From contig NC_043005.1 of the NCBI RefSeq assembly GCF_006345805.1, forward strand, positions 98,208,001 to 98,272,000: DNA of 64,000 bases, written 5' to 3'. This DNA comes from Octopus sinensis (taxonomy: Eukaryota). The notes under the pieces are model-generated. The model was not told the DNA's origin and did not search any database. It worked only from the letters and a program-made list of their open reading frames with translations. This document shows, piece by piece, positions 36,007-48,949 of the stretch (its first letter is position 1; every line of letters begins with the position of its first letter). Position numbers and translations under genes: made by a program.

Positions 36007-36447
36007 TGGTGGTGATCATGATTATCATTAGCATACCAAGAGTGGGCCTGTGTTAAGTTCTTCTGCTTTGTCTGAAATTAAACCAATGTCTGTTATATTC
36101 ATATCCCTAGTTTAGTTGAGTTTCTGTTCGTTGTTGTAGTTCTGTATGTAGGACATATTCTCATCATGACATTTGTACATTTTTATTATTTTTACCAAAA
36201 AAAGAAAATCATATCAGATTGCTGAATCAAGATGTGTTACTTCTCAGTGGAGAAGGGCTGGCATTGCTTTGTTCCTTTTATACAGACTTGGTCAAAAGTC
36301 TTTCATTTTTGATCCATAATTAGGGAACATAATTAGTGAATTAGTGTTGAGAAAACAACTCTTGAAGCTGCTCTTTAAACATACCAGTATAACATCAAGT
36401 CTGCTAGGGAGCTTTTATATAGTTCCTCAGTCTGCTAGAACTTTTAT

Positions 36448-36880
36448 TGTTTTACTTGTTTCAGTTTTTGGACTGTGGTCATGCTGGGGCACTGCCTTGA
36501 CAGGTTTTAGCCAAATGAATTGACCCCAATATTTTTTTAATGCCTGATACTTATTCTATCATTGTCTTTTACCAAACTGCTAAGTTATGGGAACATAAAC
36601 ATGCCAACTCCAGTTGCCAAGTAGTAGTGAGGGTCAGATATAAACACAAAACTCACACACACAAGATTCATACACCACACGCGTGAGCACAGACACACAC
36701 ATACACACACACACATGCACACATATATGATGGGCTTCCCAGTTCTGTCTACCAAATCCATTTGTAAGGCTTTAGTTGGCCTGGGGCTATAGTAGAAGAC
36801 ACTTGCTCAAGGTGCCATGCAGTGACACTGAATCTGTCATTGTGTGCTTGGGACACAAACTGCAGACTACACATCTATAC
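36448..36880 (-). mobile_element. SINE family A, degenerate
   Basis: Tail, body and head are all recognisable. Confidence 0.75.
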
Positions 36881-36902
36881 CTGCACTTACAAAAAAATCA
36901 TT

Positions 36903-36974
36903 TGCTCAACATGACGTTTGATCCCATGACCCAAGTTTAAGAATCCCATGCTCTACTGATTGAGCTACCCAGGC
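36903..36974 (-). pseudogene. Decayed tRNA-Lys(CTT)
   Basis: GCCTGGGTAGCTCAATCAGTAGAGCATGGGATTCTTAAACTTGGGTCATGGGATCAAACGTCATGTTGAGCA aligns end to end with eukaryotic tRNA-Lys-CTT; the anticodon is retained, the stems are disrupted, and a T7 run follows. Confidence 0.7.
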
Positions 36975-36984
36975 AATAAATACC

Positions 36985-37210
36985 TATTTCTTTACTACCC
37001 ACAAGGGGCTACACACAGAGGGGACAAACAAGGACAGACAAACGGATTAAGTCAATTACATTGATCCCAGTGCGTAACTGGTACTTATTTAATCGACCCT
37101 GAATGGATGAAAGGCAAAGTCAACCTCGGCAGAATTTGAACTCAGAACATAACGGCAGACAAAATACCACCAGGCATTTCGCCCGGCATGCTAACGATTC
37201 TGCCAGCTCA
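36985..37210 (-). mobile_element. SINE family B with TSD
   Basis: Flanked by the direct repeat CCCAGGCAATAAATACC (36968-36984 and 37211-37227). Confidence 0.88.
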
Positions 37211-38164
37211 CCCAGGCAATAAATACCACTGCATTTGACTATTAGATGGGATGGACATGGCTTGAATGTCTTTGATCCTGTCTCAGTTCAGTCAGTTTGA
37301 ACCAGAAAACTACACAACTGTTATTTTCAGAGTTTCCTCCCTTTGCTTTCACTCTTCTTTCACTCTTCTAAGCGTTTCCTACACCAACCATGTAGTTTTG
37401 CAATTATTTCACGGTCGCCCTCATTCATCTTCCTGTCAAGACACGATTTAGCGTCTCACTGCTATCTTATCTCTCCAGTATATAATGGTTCCTTAAGGAA
37501 TTCAAAATAATCAGCAAGCTAAAATACCCTCGTCGATTTTGCAACATTTATCATGTTTTATGCTAAAAGACCTTCTGGGAAATCATTTTCTTTGGAAAAA
37601 GCTGAACGTTTGTCTCACCCTATTTGGTGTTTCTCCAATTTTCACAAATTTAAGTCAAGGTTAACAGAATACGTCAGTTGACCTCGTTTTATGTAATAAA
37701 TTATTGATGATCATATTGCCATCTTCTGACAAACATTTTCGTGACATTTGGTACAACAGTAATCTCTTTATTTCTTGGCCTATCAGTATATCTGTACTTA
37801 ACAAATATATATGAATATATGCATGTTCACACACACACACACGCATGCATGCACCCCTCTACATATTCATATATGCATGCATCTAATGTGCATATGTATG
37901 TATGGATGAATAGATGTATGTATGTATGTTTGTATGCATGTAGGTATAAATGTATATATACATATCTGAGCAAACTCATACATACATATATATCTGTGTG
38001 TATACATAAATTCATTCACTATACATATATATACACATGCCTGTATTTGTGTTTATGTGTATGCATACATGCATGTATATACAAATATACACAATAATAT
38101 TGCATTAATTTTCCATGATGTACATATAGATCTTTTCCCTTTTAGTGGAGAAAATCAGTCTCTC

Positions 38165-38870
38165 ACTCATCAACCTGGCATAATTTTCATCATCATTATC
38201 ATCATCATCATCACCATAATTATCATCGTCATCATCCATCAACATTTTCCATGCTGTCATGGGTTGGATGGCTTGACAAGAACTGGCAAGGCCAGGATCC
38301 ACACCAGGTTCCATGGCCTGTTTTGACTTGGTTTCTACAGCTTGATGTCCTTGCTAATACCAACCACTCTACAGAGTGTACTGGGTGCTTTTCATGTGGC
38401 ACCATCACCAGTACTTTTTATATGGCACCAGCACCAGTGTTTTTATGTGGTACCACCATCCACACCAATGCTTCTTACATGACATCTTGGTTTTAGGATC
38501 TCAATTCTGTTGTGATGGGCAGATCTTTTTGATTATAGCATTGCACCACATATCTCAGATCTCTGTCATCTGTTTCGTAAGGTTCGGCATTTTGAGATTG
38601 GCCTTCAGCACTTCATCTCATGTCTTCCTGGATCTTCCTCTTCCACAACTTCCCTCAACACTTCATTGTGCAACTGTCCTCATCCATCTGCATCACATAA
38701 CCAAACCAGCACAGCCTCCTCTCTTGCACACTGCATATAATTCCTCTTATGCCCACTTCTCCCTTAATACACCAGTGTTCTGTTGCACATGCACACTGAC
38801 ATTGCACATCCTGCAGAGCATACCACTTCATTCCTTTCCAGCCTTTGCATGTCCTCTGCATCAATTAAAA
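38165..38870 (-). mobile_element. Old RTE-clade LINE 3' part
   Basis: VQERRLCWFGYVMQMDED plus a family R-like UTR and (GAT)n tail. Confidence 0.75.
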
Positions 38871-39482
38871 TGTAATTATTACCTTAATTACAACAAAGTC
38901 TGTTATAGATGAATCTAGAGACAGAATTACCACTAATTTCCATATTATTTGTTTGTGACTATTATATTATAATGGTCACTCATTTGTTCTCATTTGTCAT
39001 AGAATTGTCCAATATTGTCATCAGCAGATGTTTTTGAGTGTCCAGCTCCTTCTTGATATGTTATACCTGTGAAACCATTTAACAGAATGTTCAGGTTTTA
39101 AGTACAGGTATAGCTGTGTGGTTAAGAAGTTCATTTTGCAACTACATGGTTTTGGGTTCTGTCCTCCTGTGCAGCACCTTGAGCAAGTATCCTCTATATT
39201 AGCCCTGAACTGACCAATGCCTTGAGAGGGAATTTGTGAGATGGAAACTGTGAGGAAACCTGTTATGTGTGTGTGTGCTGTATCTTCATGCTTGTGGTGT
39301 GTTTGTCCCAACCACTACTTGACTGCTGGTGTTGGGTGTTTTACATCCCTATACATGGTGGTTCACCAAAAGAGACCAAGAGAGTCCCAGACTCAGAAAT
39401 AAGTACTGAGTCGATTTGTTCATCAAACATTATTTACATTATTTACATTAGACGGATATTTGTCCTCATCTTGTTTGTCGTT

Positions 39483-39528
39483 AACACAACGTTTCGGCTG
39501 ATATACCCTGCAGCGTTCATCAGGTGCC
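39483..39528 (-). ncRNA. Minimal type I hammerhead ribozyme (near intact)
   Basis: GGCAC-CTGATGA-A-cGCTG-cagggtatat-CAGCC-GAAA-CGTT-GTGTT: stem I of 5 bp (2 G-U), palindromic stem III AACGTT and a GUU cleavage triplet; one mismatch at the base of stem II. Confidence 0.8.
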
Positions 39529-39589
39529 TTGGGGAAATTTCAACCTTTTCAAACCTGGGTTCTCATTCCTAAGGTATTTTTCGATGTTG

Positions 39590-39629
<40 letters not shown>

Positions 39630-39835
39630 TATTATTATTATTATTCAGGTCACTACCTGGAATCAAACTTGGAATTTAGGGGTTAAGAGCGCTGGTTACT
39701 AAACCAAAGATTTCGAGTTCGATTTTAGGAAGTGACCTAAATAATAATAATAATAATAATAGTAGTAATAATAATAATAACAACAACATCGAAAAATACC
39801 TTAGGAATGAGAACCCAGGTTCGAAATTTCTCCAA

Positions 39836-39881
39836 GACACCTGATGAAGGCTGGAGGATATATCAGCCGAGACATTGAGTT
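39836..39881 (+). ncRNA. Minimal type I hammerhead ribozyme (decayed)
   Basis: GACAC-CTGATGA-A-GGCTG-gaggatatat-CAGCC-GAGA-CATT-GAGTT: perfect stem II, but GAAA is changed to GAGA and there are stem I/III changes. Confidence 0.7.
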
Positions 39882-41125
39882 AACAACAAACAAGATGAGG
39901 ACAAAAATCTGTCAAATGTAAATAATGTAAATAATGTACATAATTCCTCATCTCTTAAATATAGAACTGTATTGTTCATCAAAATCTTTGAAAGAGGTGC
40001 CTCAGCTGAGCTATGGGCCAATGGGCCAAACAAGTAAAACATAGAAGATACAAGATACATAGACTGACCATTGTGGAAAGACATTGTTCCCATTGTGTAC
40101 TGAATAAATTTAATGGATTATTTTAGCTCCCAATACATATTCAGTCCACAGAAAAAAAGAAAAAAAAACCCCATTGAATAGTGATTTTCTTTGGCGGAAA
40201 GAAAAATTGGTGTGGTTATGATTAACGTTATTACAACAACGAACTAAATTGACATTTCAAATTCAGACCTGCACCATAGCAACTTGAAAGGGACCGCATC
40301 TAACGATGCACACACAATTAGGTTTCCTGACGATAAGAAATATATATATATAGGTGTATTGTACATAATTGATAGTTCAGCTGCTTTCTCTGTCACATGC
40401 ACACACACACACACACACACACACATGTGTGTATACACGCACATATTCTTTTATTCCTCTTCCTTGGATTGGTAGTTTTTTCATTGATTCTTAAAAGATG
40501 GAAAGCAAAGAAGAAATATTATTATATTTGTAAAATATTTATTTCTGCTATTGTTTTATGTGCATATGTGTGAGTCAGTGGTTGTGTATGTGTGAGTGTG
40601 TGTGAGTGTATGTGTGTATATATACACACATGTGTGCATCTATACATGTACACATATCTATATATATGATAGGGACTCTCTTTTGCTCTATGATTTTAGT
40701 GCAGGAAGGTCCAACTCCACAGTAAATTACTTAATATTTATGTATCTGGTGAGACATGTAACAAACTTTAGGGTTACAAGCAAATCCACAATTTTCAGTG
40801 AGCACAGAACAGGAAGAGCCACCTGGTGATAAGTTTGATTCATATTTTCATTTTACTTGTTTTTCTGTTAGTTTAGCTCCAGCAGCAGTGCTTTTTACCA
40901 GACACCGATACCAATTGGGTTTCCAAGTAACTTATGAGACTAAGTACCCTCACTGAAATGAAGAGATGTATTGAGGGAGGTGGTTCTGTGCTAGTGGGGA
41001 GGTTGAAGTATAATAGAGGGATAGAAGTCAATGTCTTGCTATGGATGAGATACTCGGCAACTCCTATTGGCAAAGGAAGGAGAGAAAAAGTGAGGTAGAG
41101 TCTTCTCTTTTGCTATCCTTTATAC

Positions 41126-41180
<55 letters not shown>

Positions 41181-41335
41181 TTGACTGATACATATACATG
41201 TATAGAAGAAAGCAAGTTCTTTATTTTTGAAATCAATAACATAACATATGAGACACATTAGAAATGGTCAATCTCTTCCTTTAGTGCTAAAGTGGACTTG
41301 GCAAGCCAGGATAAAAAAATGTATGTATGTATCTG

Positions 41336-41388
<53 letters not shown>

Positions 41389-42025
41389 TTGTTCATATAT
41401 CCATCTGTTATTAATACAATGGTACTACTGAAGTTCTCAATTGTGCAGTAGTAGTTGGTCTGTTTTCTCAGCCAGGTAATGATGGGTGCAGCCCTATACA
41501 ACTTGCTCCTAGGACACAATATAATAGCTTTAACAACAACTTTTATGTCTAATTCACAATGATAGAAGCATATTGTGAAGCCTCAAGGGACTCATTAATG
41601 TAGATCTAGTTTTATCATCTTAAGTGAATGAGAAATTTTCAATATTTTACAGATTAGTTTTCATAATAGATGTTGGGTCCCTGGCCTTGGCAAATCCCAC
41701 CAGATGCATTATCAGTCTAGAAAGGTAACATTGTTGTGCTTCAATAGAAATTGAATAATAATGATAATAATGAAATTATTGTATACAGTGCTCAGGTACA
41801 CCACAAAAAATGTTTGAATTTAAGTTGAAATAGCAGAATGGCTTCAACTATGAATAATGTGCTTTGGGCATGTTTGATTGAGCAATTTGCAACTTACATC
41901 CTATTTAGGATATGGTTGTACATAAAAACATTGCTCTATTGGAACCAGACTACTGAGTTAAAAATTGGTTGATGCTTAACTTTAAGATTGATGCTAGTAA
42001 GGAAAGCAATGATAGAGAGAAACTT

Positions 42026-42187
42026 AAATAGCCGAAGGGCTAATGTTTTAGGATGAAATAGCCGAAGGGCTAATGCTTTAGGATGAAATAGCAGAAGGGC
42101 TAATGTTTTAGGATGAAATAGCAGAAGGGCTAATGTTTTAGGATGAAATAGCAGAAGGGCTAATGTTTTAGGATGAAATAGCAGAAG
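42026..42187. repeat. 30-bp minisatellite, 5.4 copies
   Basis: Unit AAATAGC(C/A)GAAGGGCTAATG(T/C)TTTAGGATG. Confidence 0.95.
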
Positions 42188-42604
42188 TTTTAAGATCTGA
42201 GCATGTTGGGTTTGGTGGTAGATTGGACATAACAAGTGTTATGAAGAGAAGAGAGAAATGAGTAAGACAAGATTACTGATTGAAGTGTTATGAGCCCAGT
42301 CAGTTCCATGTATCAGAGATTAGCTGGGTTTGTACCAAATTTATGGTGGTCCATAGTAATGTGTGTTGGATACTGCAATTAAAAATACATTTACATTTGG
42401 TGATCCCTGAAGTTTGTTTGGTGATTGGGCCACCTCCTGAATAGAGGGAAAGAAACGGAAAAGAATGTGCATCACTTGTCTCTAATGTAAATTGTCCCCT
42501 TTTGCATTAAAGCCCTGAATTGGAGAAAGAGATCAATTGTGCTGTGAAATACTCTGTGTAACTAATTGTGTGTGCACATATATGTGTTCATGTGTGTGTG
42601 TGTT

Positions 42605-42653
<49 letters not shown>

Positions 42654-42906
42654 ATATGTGTGTTTGTGTGTGTGTGTGTGTGCATGTGTTTGTTTGTGTG
42701 TGGGGGTACTGGGTTTTAAAAAAATGAGTCCTGGGGTCAATATGTTCAACTAAGACCTTTCAAGGCAGTGTCCCAGCATGGCCACCATCAAATGACTGAA
42801 ACAAGTAAAAGATAAAAGATAAATGAGCTGTATATATATATATATATGTGTGTGTATATATATGTGTGTGTATATATGTGTGCGTGTGTGTATGTATGTG
42901 TGTATG

Positions 42907-42942
<36 letters not shown>

Positions 42943-44136
42943 AAGAAATAAGATAGATAGATAGATAGATAGACAGATAGAAAGACATATATATAGATAT
43001 CATGGACCTTGTGGATTCAAGAGGTTTATTCTACAGAAATGAAAGGTTAAATTAATGTTATTAGAACATGAATCACACCACTACAGGCTCCAATCATCTC
43101 TCTTTTTTATTAAATGCAATTAACCTTTCTGATCTGAGTTTGTCGATAATATTAGTTCTGTTTCTTTATTTAACAAGATTCTTGTAACTATATCGACCCA
43201 GCATCTTGGGGGAAAAAATGATGTCAATATTCTAAGGAATAACTCTTAATAATTTATTTATTTAAGTTTAAGAATATACCAGATATTACCAAAGATGCAT
43301 GCCAATATCATTTACAAATCTTATCTTTCCATTTCTTCTTCATCACTTAATATGTCGGCAGTATGCCTTTTCCAAAATTTTGACTTGTTTTCATTTCTTC
43401 TAGTGAAATAAGCTTTATATGTTTTATTTATGGCAACTTATTTTAGAATTTTACCATTTTTGGAACAAAAGCAGCCGACAGTTTTCATTAGTCTGTTGTT
43501 GCTTACGCAATGTCTTTGGAAATATATTAAATCAAAAAACAAAAACAAGCTCCTTGAGTTAGACAAAGAAAAGAAGCAGAGAAAAAATAGACATGTAGGC
43601 TTCATGTGGCAGAAAAGAAAACATGGAACAGAATGAACTGAGAATATGTTAAAACAAAACGAAAACGAGAAAAAAAAGGAGGGAAAAGAAAGGGGAGATA
43701 ATAATGGAAATTGCAAGTGGCAAAACTTCCTTATTAACATATGAATAATTAGAATATATTAAATGTATTTTTGTCTGTTTTTCTTATAAATTTTTTGTAA
43801 ATCTGATTAATTTGTTGTCTTTTAATCCAGTTGTCTGCATTTGCTCAGTCAGTTTCTCCATTGTTTAAAAACTTCATCATTTCTTTAGGAGACTAAGACA
43901 GAAATATATTTTCTTTTCTTAAGTACAAGTCATAAGTTACTTTTTTTCCTTTTTTTCTTTTTTTGTCTTTTAATCAAGAAGGAAGTCAGTGCTCATTTAC
44001 AAGACCCCCCCCCCGTGAGACTGGTGGAGGTGGTGGGTGGTGGGTGGTGGAGAACTGACGAGAATGCTAGTGAGAGAGTGGAGAACTGGCTTAGGCTGGG
44101 GAACTACTGACTAGAATGCTTGTAACACTGTTCTAA

Positions 44137-44354
44137 CCCTTTAATGTTCAGATTTCTCTGTCAAATGTAAGGCTTATTTATTCACAGTTTTGAATTAATC
44201 CTGCATTTTCCTATAGCTGTGAGATTTCGATGATGTGATTGTTTATTTTTAGAATGACATTGTAGGATAAGTGTGAGAGACCAGATCTGTCCTATTTAAA
44301 CATAAAGCAACTAGAATATTTTGTCTGGATATGGCTGGTTTAAATGCTAAAGGA
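44137..44354. mobile_element. piggyBac-type MITE (second family)
   Basis: cTAA|CCCTTTAATGTTCAG ... TTTAAATGCTAAAGGA|TTAA. Confidence 0.7.
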
Positions 44355-44369
44355 TTAAGCACTCAAGAT

Positions 44370-44525
44370 ACCAAACAAGGACAGACATAGGTATTAAATC
44401 GATTACATCGACCCCAGTGCGTAACTGGTACTTCGGCGGAATTTGAACTCACAACGTAGCAGCAGATGAAATACGGCTACGCATTTCACTCGACGTGCTA
44501 ACGTTTCTGCCAGCTTGCCGCCTTA
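44370..44525 (-). mobile_element. SINE family B with internal deletion
   Basis: ACTGGTAC is joined directly to TCGGCGGAATTTGAACTC. Confidence 0.8.
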
Positions 44526-44526
44526 C

Positions 44527-44790
44527 CTGTGGCTATACCTGCAGACTAAAATATTGTGGAGACAGAGGATGAGAAAGTTGCGAAGTACCAATACCTAGCA
44601 TTGGAAGGGAAAGGCATTCATAGAGCCACAAAATTGAGTGTGGTACCTATTGTGATCAGTTCACGTGGGACCATCTCAAAGAAAGCAATATTCTGGCATC
44701 AAAATCTGCAAAATACCAAGCTTCATAGGAAATACTCAACTGGCAGCAATACAGCAGCATTTGTGTTGGGAAAAGAATTGTATCTCTAAG
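44527..44790 (+). pseudogene. R4/Dong-type REL endonuclease fragment
   Basis: AIPAD*NIVETEDEKVAKYQYLALE...VVPIVISSRGTISK matches the PxDxN..EK..KY..L..E...VVPxVIG motif. Confidence 0.7.
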
Positions 44791-45099
44791 CTGCAGGATG
44801 GAGCTGAGATGTGACATAGATAACTTTGAAGACAGAAAATACTGCTGCTGCTGCTGCTGTTGCTGCTGTTGTTGTTGTTAAGCAACAAGACGGTAAGGGT
44901 GATTAGGTGATTGTCTAGGGCTTAGGGGCAGTAGACCCCAGACCTTGGAAAAAAAAAAACTTTGGTCGTCTTGTTGTAGTTGAGGGCTCTTCGTTGAACC
45001 TCAACACCACTAGGAGGTGGCCCTCGAAGTTGCTGGAAATGGAGATCTCCAGGTTCAAATTCTTGAAGGGCTGCTGCTGCTGCTGCTACAACAACAACA

Positions 45100-45145
<46 letters not shown>

Positions 45146-45931
45146 TCTTTCATTGCTCTTTCATCCATCACCTTTCCAGTCATGTTGCTTCTATCAACCT
45201 CCTCATCAACAACCATCATATTGCTGTTATTCATTCCCTCACTCTCCATTCTTGCCTTCATTCTTAGAGAGTGGCAAGCAATATGAAAACCAGAGAACAA
45301 AGCAAAAATACTACAAAACCTACCACATAAGAAACAAAAATGCAGTACAGTAAATCAAAAACAGACTGAGAAAGAAAAATGGACTAAAATAAAAAAAAAA
45401 TCCAGTTTTTGAAGACTAAAGAACCCCCATAGAAACAGTCAAGCAGATATACAGCCATAACAATTGCATAGTTTTAACCTCACATCTAATAAACGGTAAA
45501 AGTACACATTACAATAGAATGACTGGAATTAACAGTGCAAGGAACCTAACAGAAATAAGAAAGAAAGTGGATCAGTAAATCAATGAGGAAGGATTAGTGT
45601 AAACACCTGCCCAAGGTACAAATGGAGAAGCACTGCTATAAAGGAATAATAATGTTGAAGACCCTTGCGAAGAATTCTGTGTATGATAGAAGAGAAAGTG
45701 ATGTAGTGGAGTGGTTGGAGCAAGAGTATGATAGAGGATAGAGTAATGGGAAGGAGAGAGAGAGAGAGGGAGAGGGAGATGATAGTAAGGAGGTGAAAAA
45801 GAAACAGAATGAGAGGGTGATAGGAAGTAGTGTTAAGATGATAAAAGGAGAAATACTAGAAATGAGAGTAAGTGGTGGAAGAGGGGTGAAGAGAGAGAGA
45901 GAGAGACAAAGCATTAGTGATGGGAGAAAGA

Positions 45932-45975
<44 letters not shown>

Positions 45976-46379
45976 CACTAGTGATGAGTTAAAGATGAGG
46001 GAGAAATATGAAAGTTATCAGTAGAAATAAAGGTTGATGCTGGGGAGAGAATGAGAGCATTGGATGCTAATGATGAGAAACAAGAGAAAGAAGGTGAGAG
46101 AGAGAGAAAGAGAGAGAGAGTTAGTGATTGATAATAAGGTAATGATGTGAGAAGTTAAATGATAGATGAAGACTTTTTACGAACATAATGGATGAGAGGG
46201 ACCCAAATGTAGATATCCTACTTCCAAATTTCCATCTTTACCATTATCATCATCATTGACATTATTTGTATTGTTTGGTTTTGCATGTTTGCATGGGTTG
46301 GGCAGGGCTTCTCCAGAACAGTTTCTTGCTACATATTATTTTTTGTTCTCTACTTTGAGAGATATAGATTCTTGAGATC

Positions 46380-46810
46380 GATCTTCACCACTTCTTTCTA
46401 GGTTTTCCTTGTAACCTTCTTTCACACATTTCATCCACTTGGAGTTCTCAGGACTTTCTTTTATACATCCGACATCTTCCATACACATGGCACCTTCACA
46501 CCAGCATAATCTGCTCTTTTGTCCTCGAGATCCAATTCCTTTTTTTCTGGTTTTTCTCTCAATGCATTTCTGTTTCACTGTTTTTGCTTACAAACATTAT
46601 ACAACACAACCAGCAGGGCACACTTACCCCATTTCTTTTCAGCCCCTACAAATTTACATTCAAGTCTTACACTTCATTACCATGCAGCATCAAACTTCAC
46701 ACACAAGTGTCATACAATCTACCCTTCACTTTGAGAGGAAAACCCTTCGTTGCCAGAACAGGTAATAGCTTCCTGAACTTTCTTCTATCAACTGTTATTC
46801 TGGAAGTTAT
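46380..46810 (-). pseudogene. Old RTE RT C-terminal remnant
   Basis: Reverse complement resembles 25300-25700 (GLSLKVKGRLYDTCV..MLHG.E). Confidence 0.65.
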
Positions 46811-46914
46811 GATTTTGGAACATCCACCTCCGATGCTGTTTAGGTCCCTTAAGTAAAATTAACCAGCACCTGCTTCTATAGAGCCTTGTGAGCCTCGGAA
46901 GGAAATATTTTTTT

Positions 46915-47165
46915 AGGCATGGCTGTGTGGTGGAGAAACTTGCTTCACAGTGACATATTTTAGGGTTCAGTTTTACCATGGGCAAGTATCTTCTACTACA
47001 GCCCCAAGTTGGCCAAAGTCTTGTGAATGGATTTAGTGGATGGAAACTGAAAATAGCACAATCGTATGTATGTGCACATGTGTGTGTGCATGCACGCATG
47101 TGTGTGTGCATGCACGCATGTGTGTGTGTGTGTGTGTGTTTATGTCTCTTCAGCTTGATATTGTA
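46915..47165 (+). mobile_element. SINE family A, 5' half
   Basis: Head and body to the microsatellite, followed by a divergent RTE-type tail at ~47170-47370. Confidence 0.7.
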
Positions 47166-48195
47166 TGATTGTTGCAAAGGATTGGCATTCATTTCCGGTA
47201 TTCGGTGGAAACATGTCTGGCTACATAGAAATATCAGCTTGCTTGGAAAAACGGTAAGGGTCAGCGACAGGAAGAACATCTGGCTGTCAAAAATCTGCCT
47301 CATGGGAGAATGGAAAAGCGGATGTTAAAGCAATGATGATGACGATGATGACAATGATGATGATGATGAAGCTGTATGTGCACCTACCATGTATGAAATC
47401 TATCTTCCTTGTCAGCCTCCCTCTGATCCTGCTACACCTCTTCTGTATCCATAATTTACAGTGGTTATGCTATAGGAAATTACTAACTACTCTTTTTTTT
47501 TATTTGACATATCTAGCACATCAACATTCCTGATTATAATAGGGTCCGGGCTTCTTTACTGCTAACTAAAACTTTTGCTAGGTTTACTTTGAAGCCTTCC
47601 AATTCTGTCTTTTTTCTTCCAAGTTTGGAATTTAATTGAATCAGGGGTGCAACCATGATGTTCTTGTGATCTTATGAGCTAGCTTTCTTTATCTGCATTA
47701 ATTTTGATTTTGTTCGGTAACATGCATAACATGCATATCAGCGCAGACATGTAAACATATATTATGTACAAACATTATCATTATATGAAAAAGGCTGAGG
47801 AATGGCTATAATCCATTTATAAAGTTTAAAAAGTCATGCCTCCTTACTTTTTATAGTCTGTATACTCCACATGAAATAACTTCATCATTATACCCTTCTC
47901 TTTTGGATTACTATGTAGTCTGTTAGCTGTGTGTCTGTGAGAGGAGCTTTCTGTGATAGCCACATGATTCTATGAACATATATGTTACACAGCAATTGTG
48001 TATATATATACATATAAATATGCATATAGATACATATATAAATATACATATAGATGCATATATATACATATATATATATACATATACATATCTATCTATC
48101 TATATATATATAAATTAATAAATAAAACATATGCATATATACATACATATATGTACGTACCTATCTCTACATGTATATATACATGCATATATGGG

Positions 48196-48628
48196 TACAG
48201 GACACCAAAAAAACGTCGAACACAATGAGAAACGAAAACATAAACACAAAACCAAGGAACTGGACATTTTTCTTAAACAACGAAAAAATAGAGTACAGGA
48301 CAAATAACACAAGAAAAATTCCCCTTCTTCAGTCGCCATGGTTTCATCTACTCTGCATTTCGAAGGTGAAGGCGATACGCATCTTCAATAGAAACTTTCT
48401 TTCCCATGAAAAGCAAATTAAATAAAATTTGAGATCTTTTTGCGGAGGGGTAAAAATGGTAACAAAAACAGGACAGTAACGACAGTACAAAATATAAACA
48501 GTAAAAGACAGGACAAGGAGAATAATAAGATAAGAAGGGCTGTTAAGCCGAACGAGATAGTGTTACGAACGCTATCTTTGAGGATGGCGAAGGAGCAACA
48601 GAAAATGCCATCTACACTTCAAGGACAT
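48196..48628 (-). mobile_element. Dispersed repeat between TA tracts, unclassified (possibly PLE-derived)
   Basis: CpG-rich relative to its flanks, bounded by (TA)n, and carries isolated CTGAAGA and CGAAA words that do not close into an HHR. Confidence 0.4.
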
Positions 48629-48742
48629 ATATATATATATATATAGTTAATCCAAACAAGAAAACACAGAAAAAAACACAGCAACACGAGGACGTGGAAC
48701 AATTAAAGTATTATTTGACGCTCAGGAAAGAAGGGAAGGAGG

Positions 48743-48777
48743 GTTTAACGTTTCGAGCGGAGCTATTCGTCGGAAAC
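48743..48777 (-). ncRNA. Minimal hammerhead fold (decayed)
   Basis: GTTT-CCGACGA-A-tAGC-tcc-GCTC-GAAA-CGTT-AAAC; two substitutions from canonical. Confidence 0.65.
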
Positions 48778-48949
48778 AAAGGAGAAGGAAAGATCCCGAG
48801 AAGGGAAGACAGATGAAAAAAATTTTTTTGCTGGTGGTGCTCAAGAGATCACATATATATGTTTGTGTGTGTGTGTGTGTATTATATATCATACGTGGAT
48901 TGTTGATAATTTTTCCTTATCTTCCCTTCTGTCTCTTTGGACTGTCCTC

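Larger units (their letters stand above)
39428..39971. mobile_element. Head-to-head dimer of a tRNA-headed, hammerhead-bearing short retroelement
   Basis: Each arm has a tRNA-like segment, (AAT)n, CATCGAAAAATACCTTAGGAATGAGAACCCAGGTT, an HHR and GATGAGGACAAA...AATGTAAATAATG; 12-bp TSD TTGTTCATCAAA at 39416-39427 and 39972-39983. Confidence 0.85.
39105..40040 (+). mobile_element. SINE family A interrupted by the HHR-element dimer
   Basis: Head and body at 39105-39427; the tail resumes at 39984 (ATCTTTGAAAGAGGTGCCTCAGC...AAACAAGTAAAAC). Confidence 0.7.

Noticed and set aside
42026-42187. Regular 30-bp repeats as a CRISPR array
   Set aside because: The units are contiguous with no spacers, there are no cas genes, and the context is eukaryotic.
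43440-43530. Possible small minus-strand exon (CCAAAG|ACATTG...AAATG|GTAAAA)
   Set aside because: Several alternative AG/GT pairs fit equally well and there is no recognisable peptide.
48320-48390. CTGAAGA and CGAAA words as a permuted hammerhead
   Set aside because: The only good helix (CCTTC/GAAGG) consumes core nucleotides, and stems I and III do not form.
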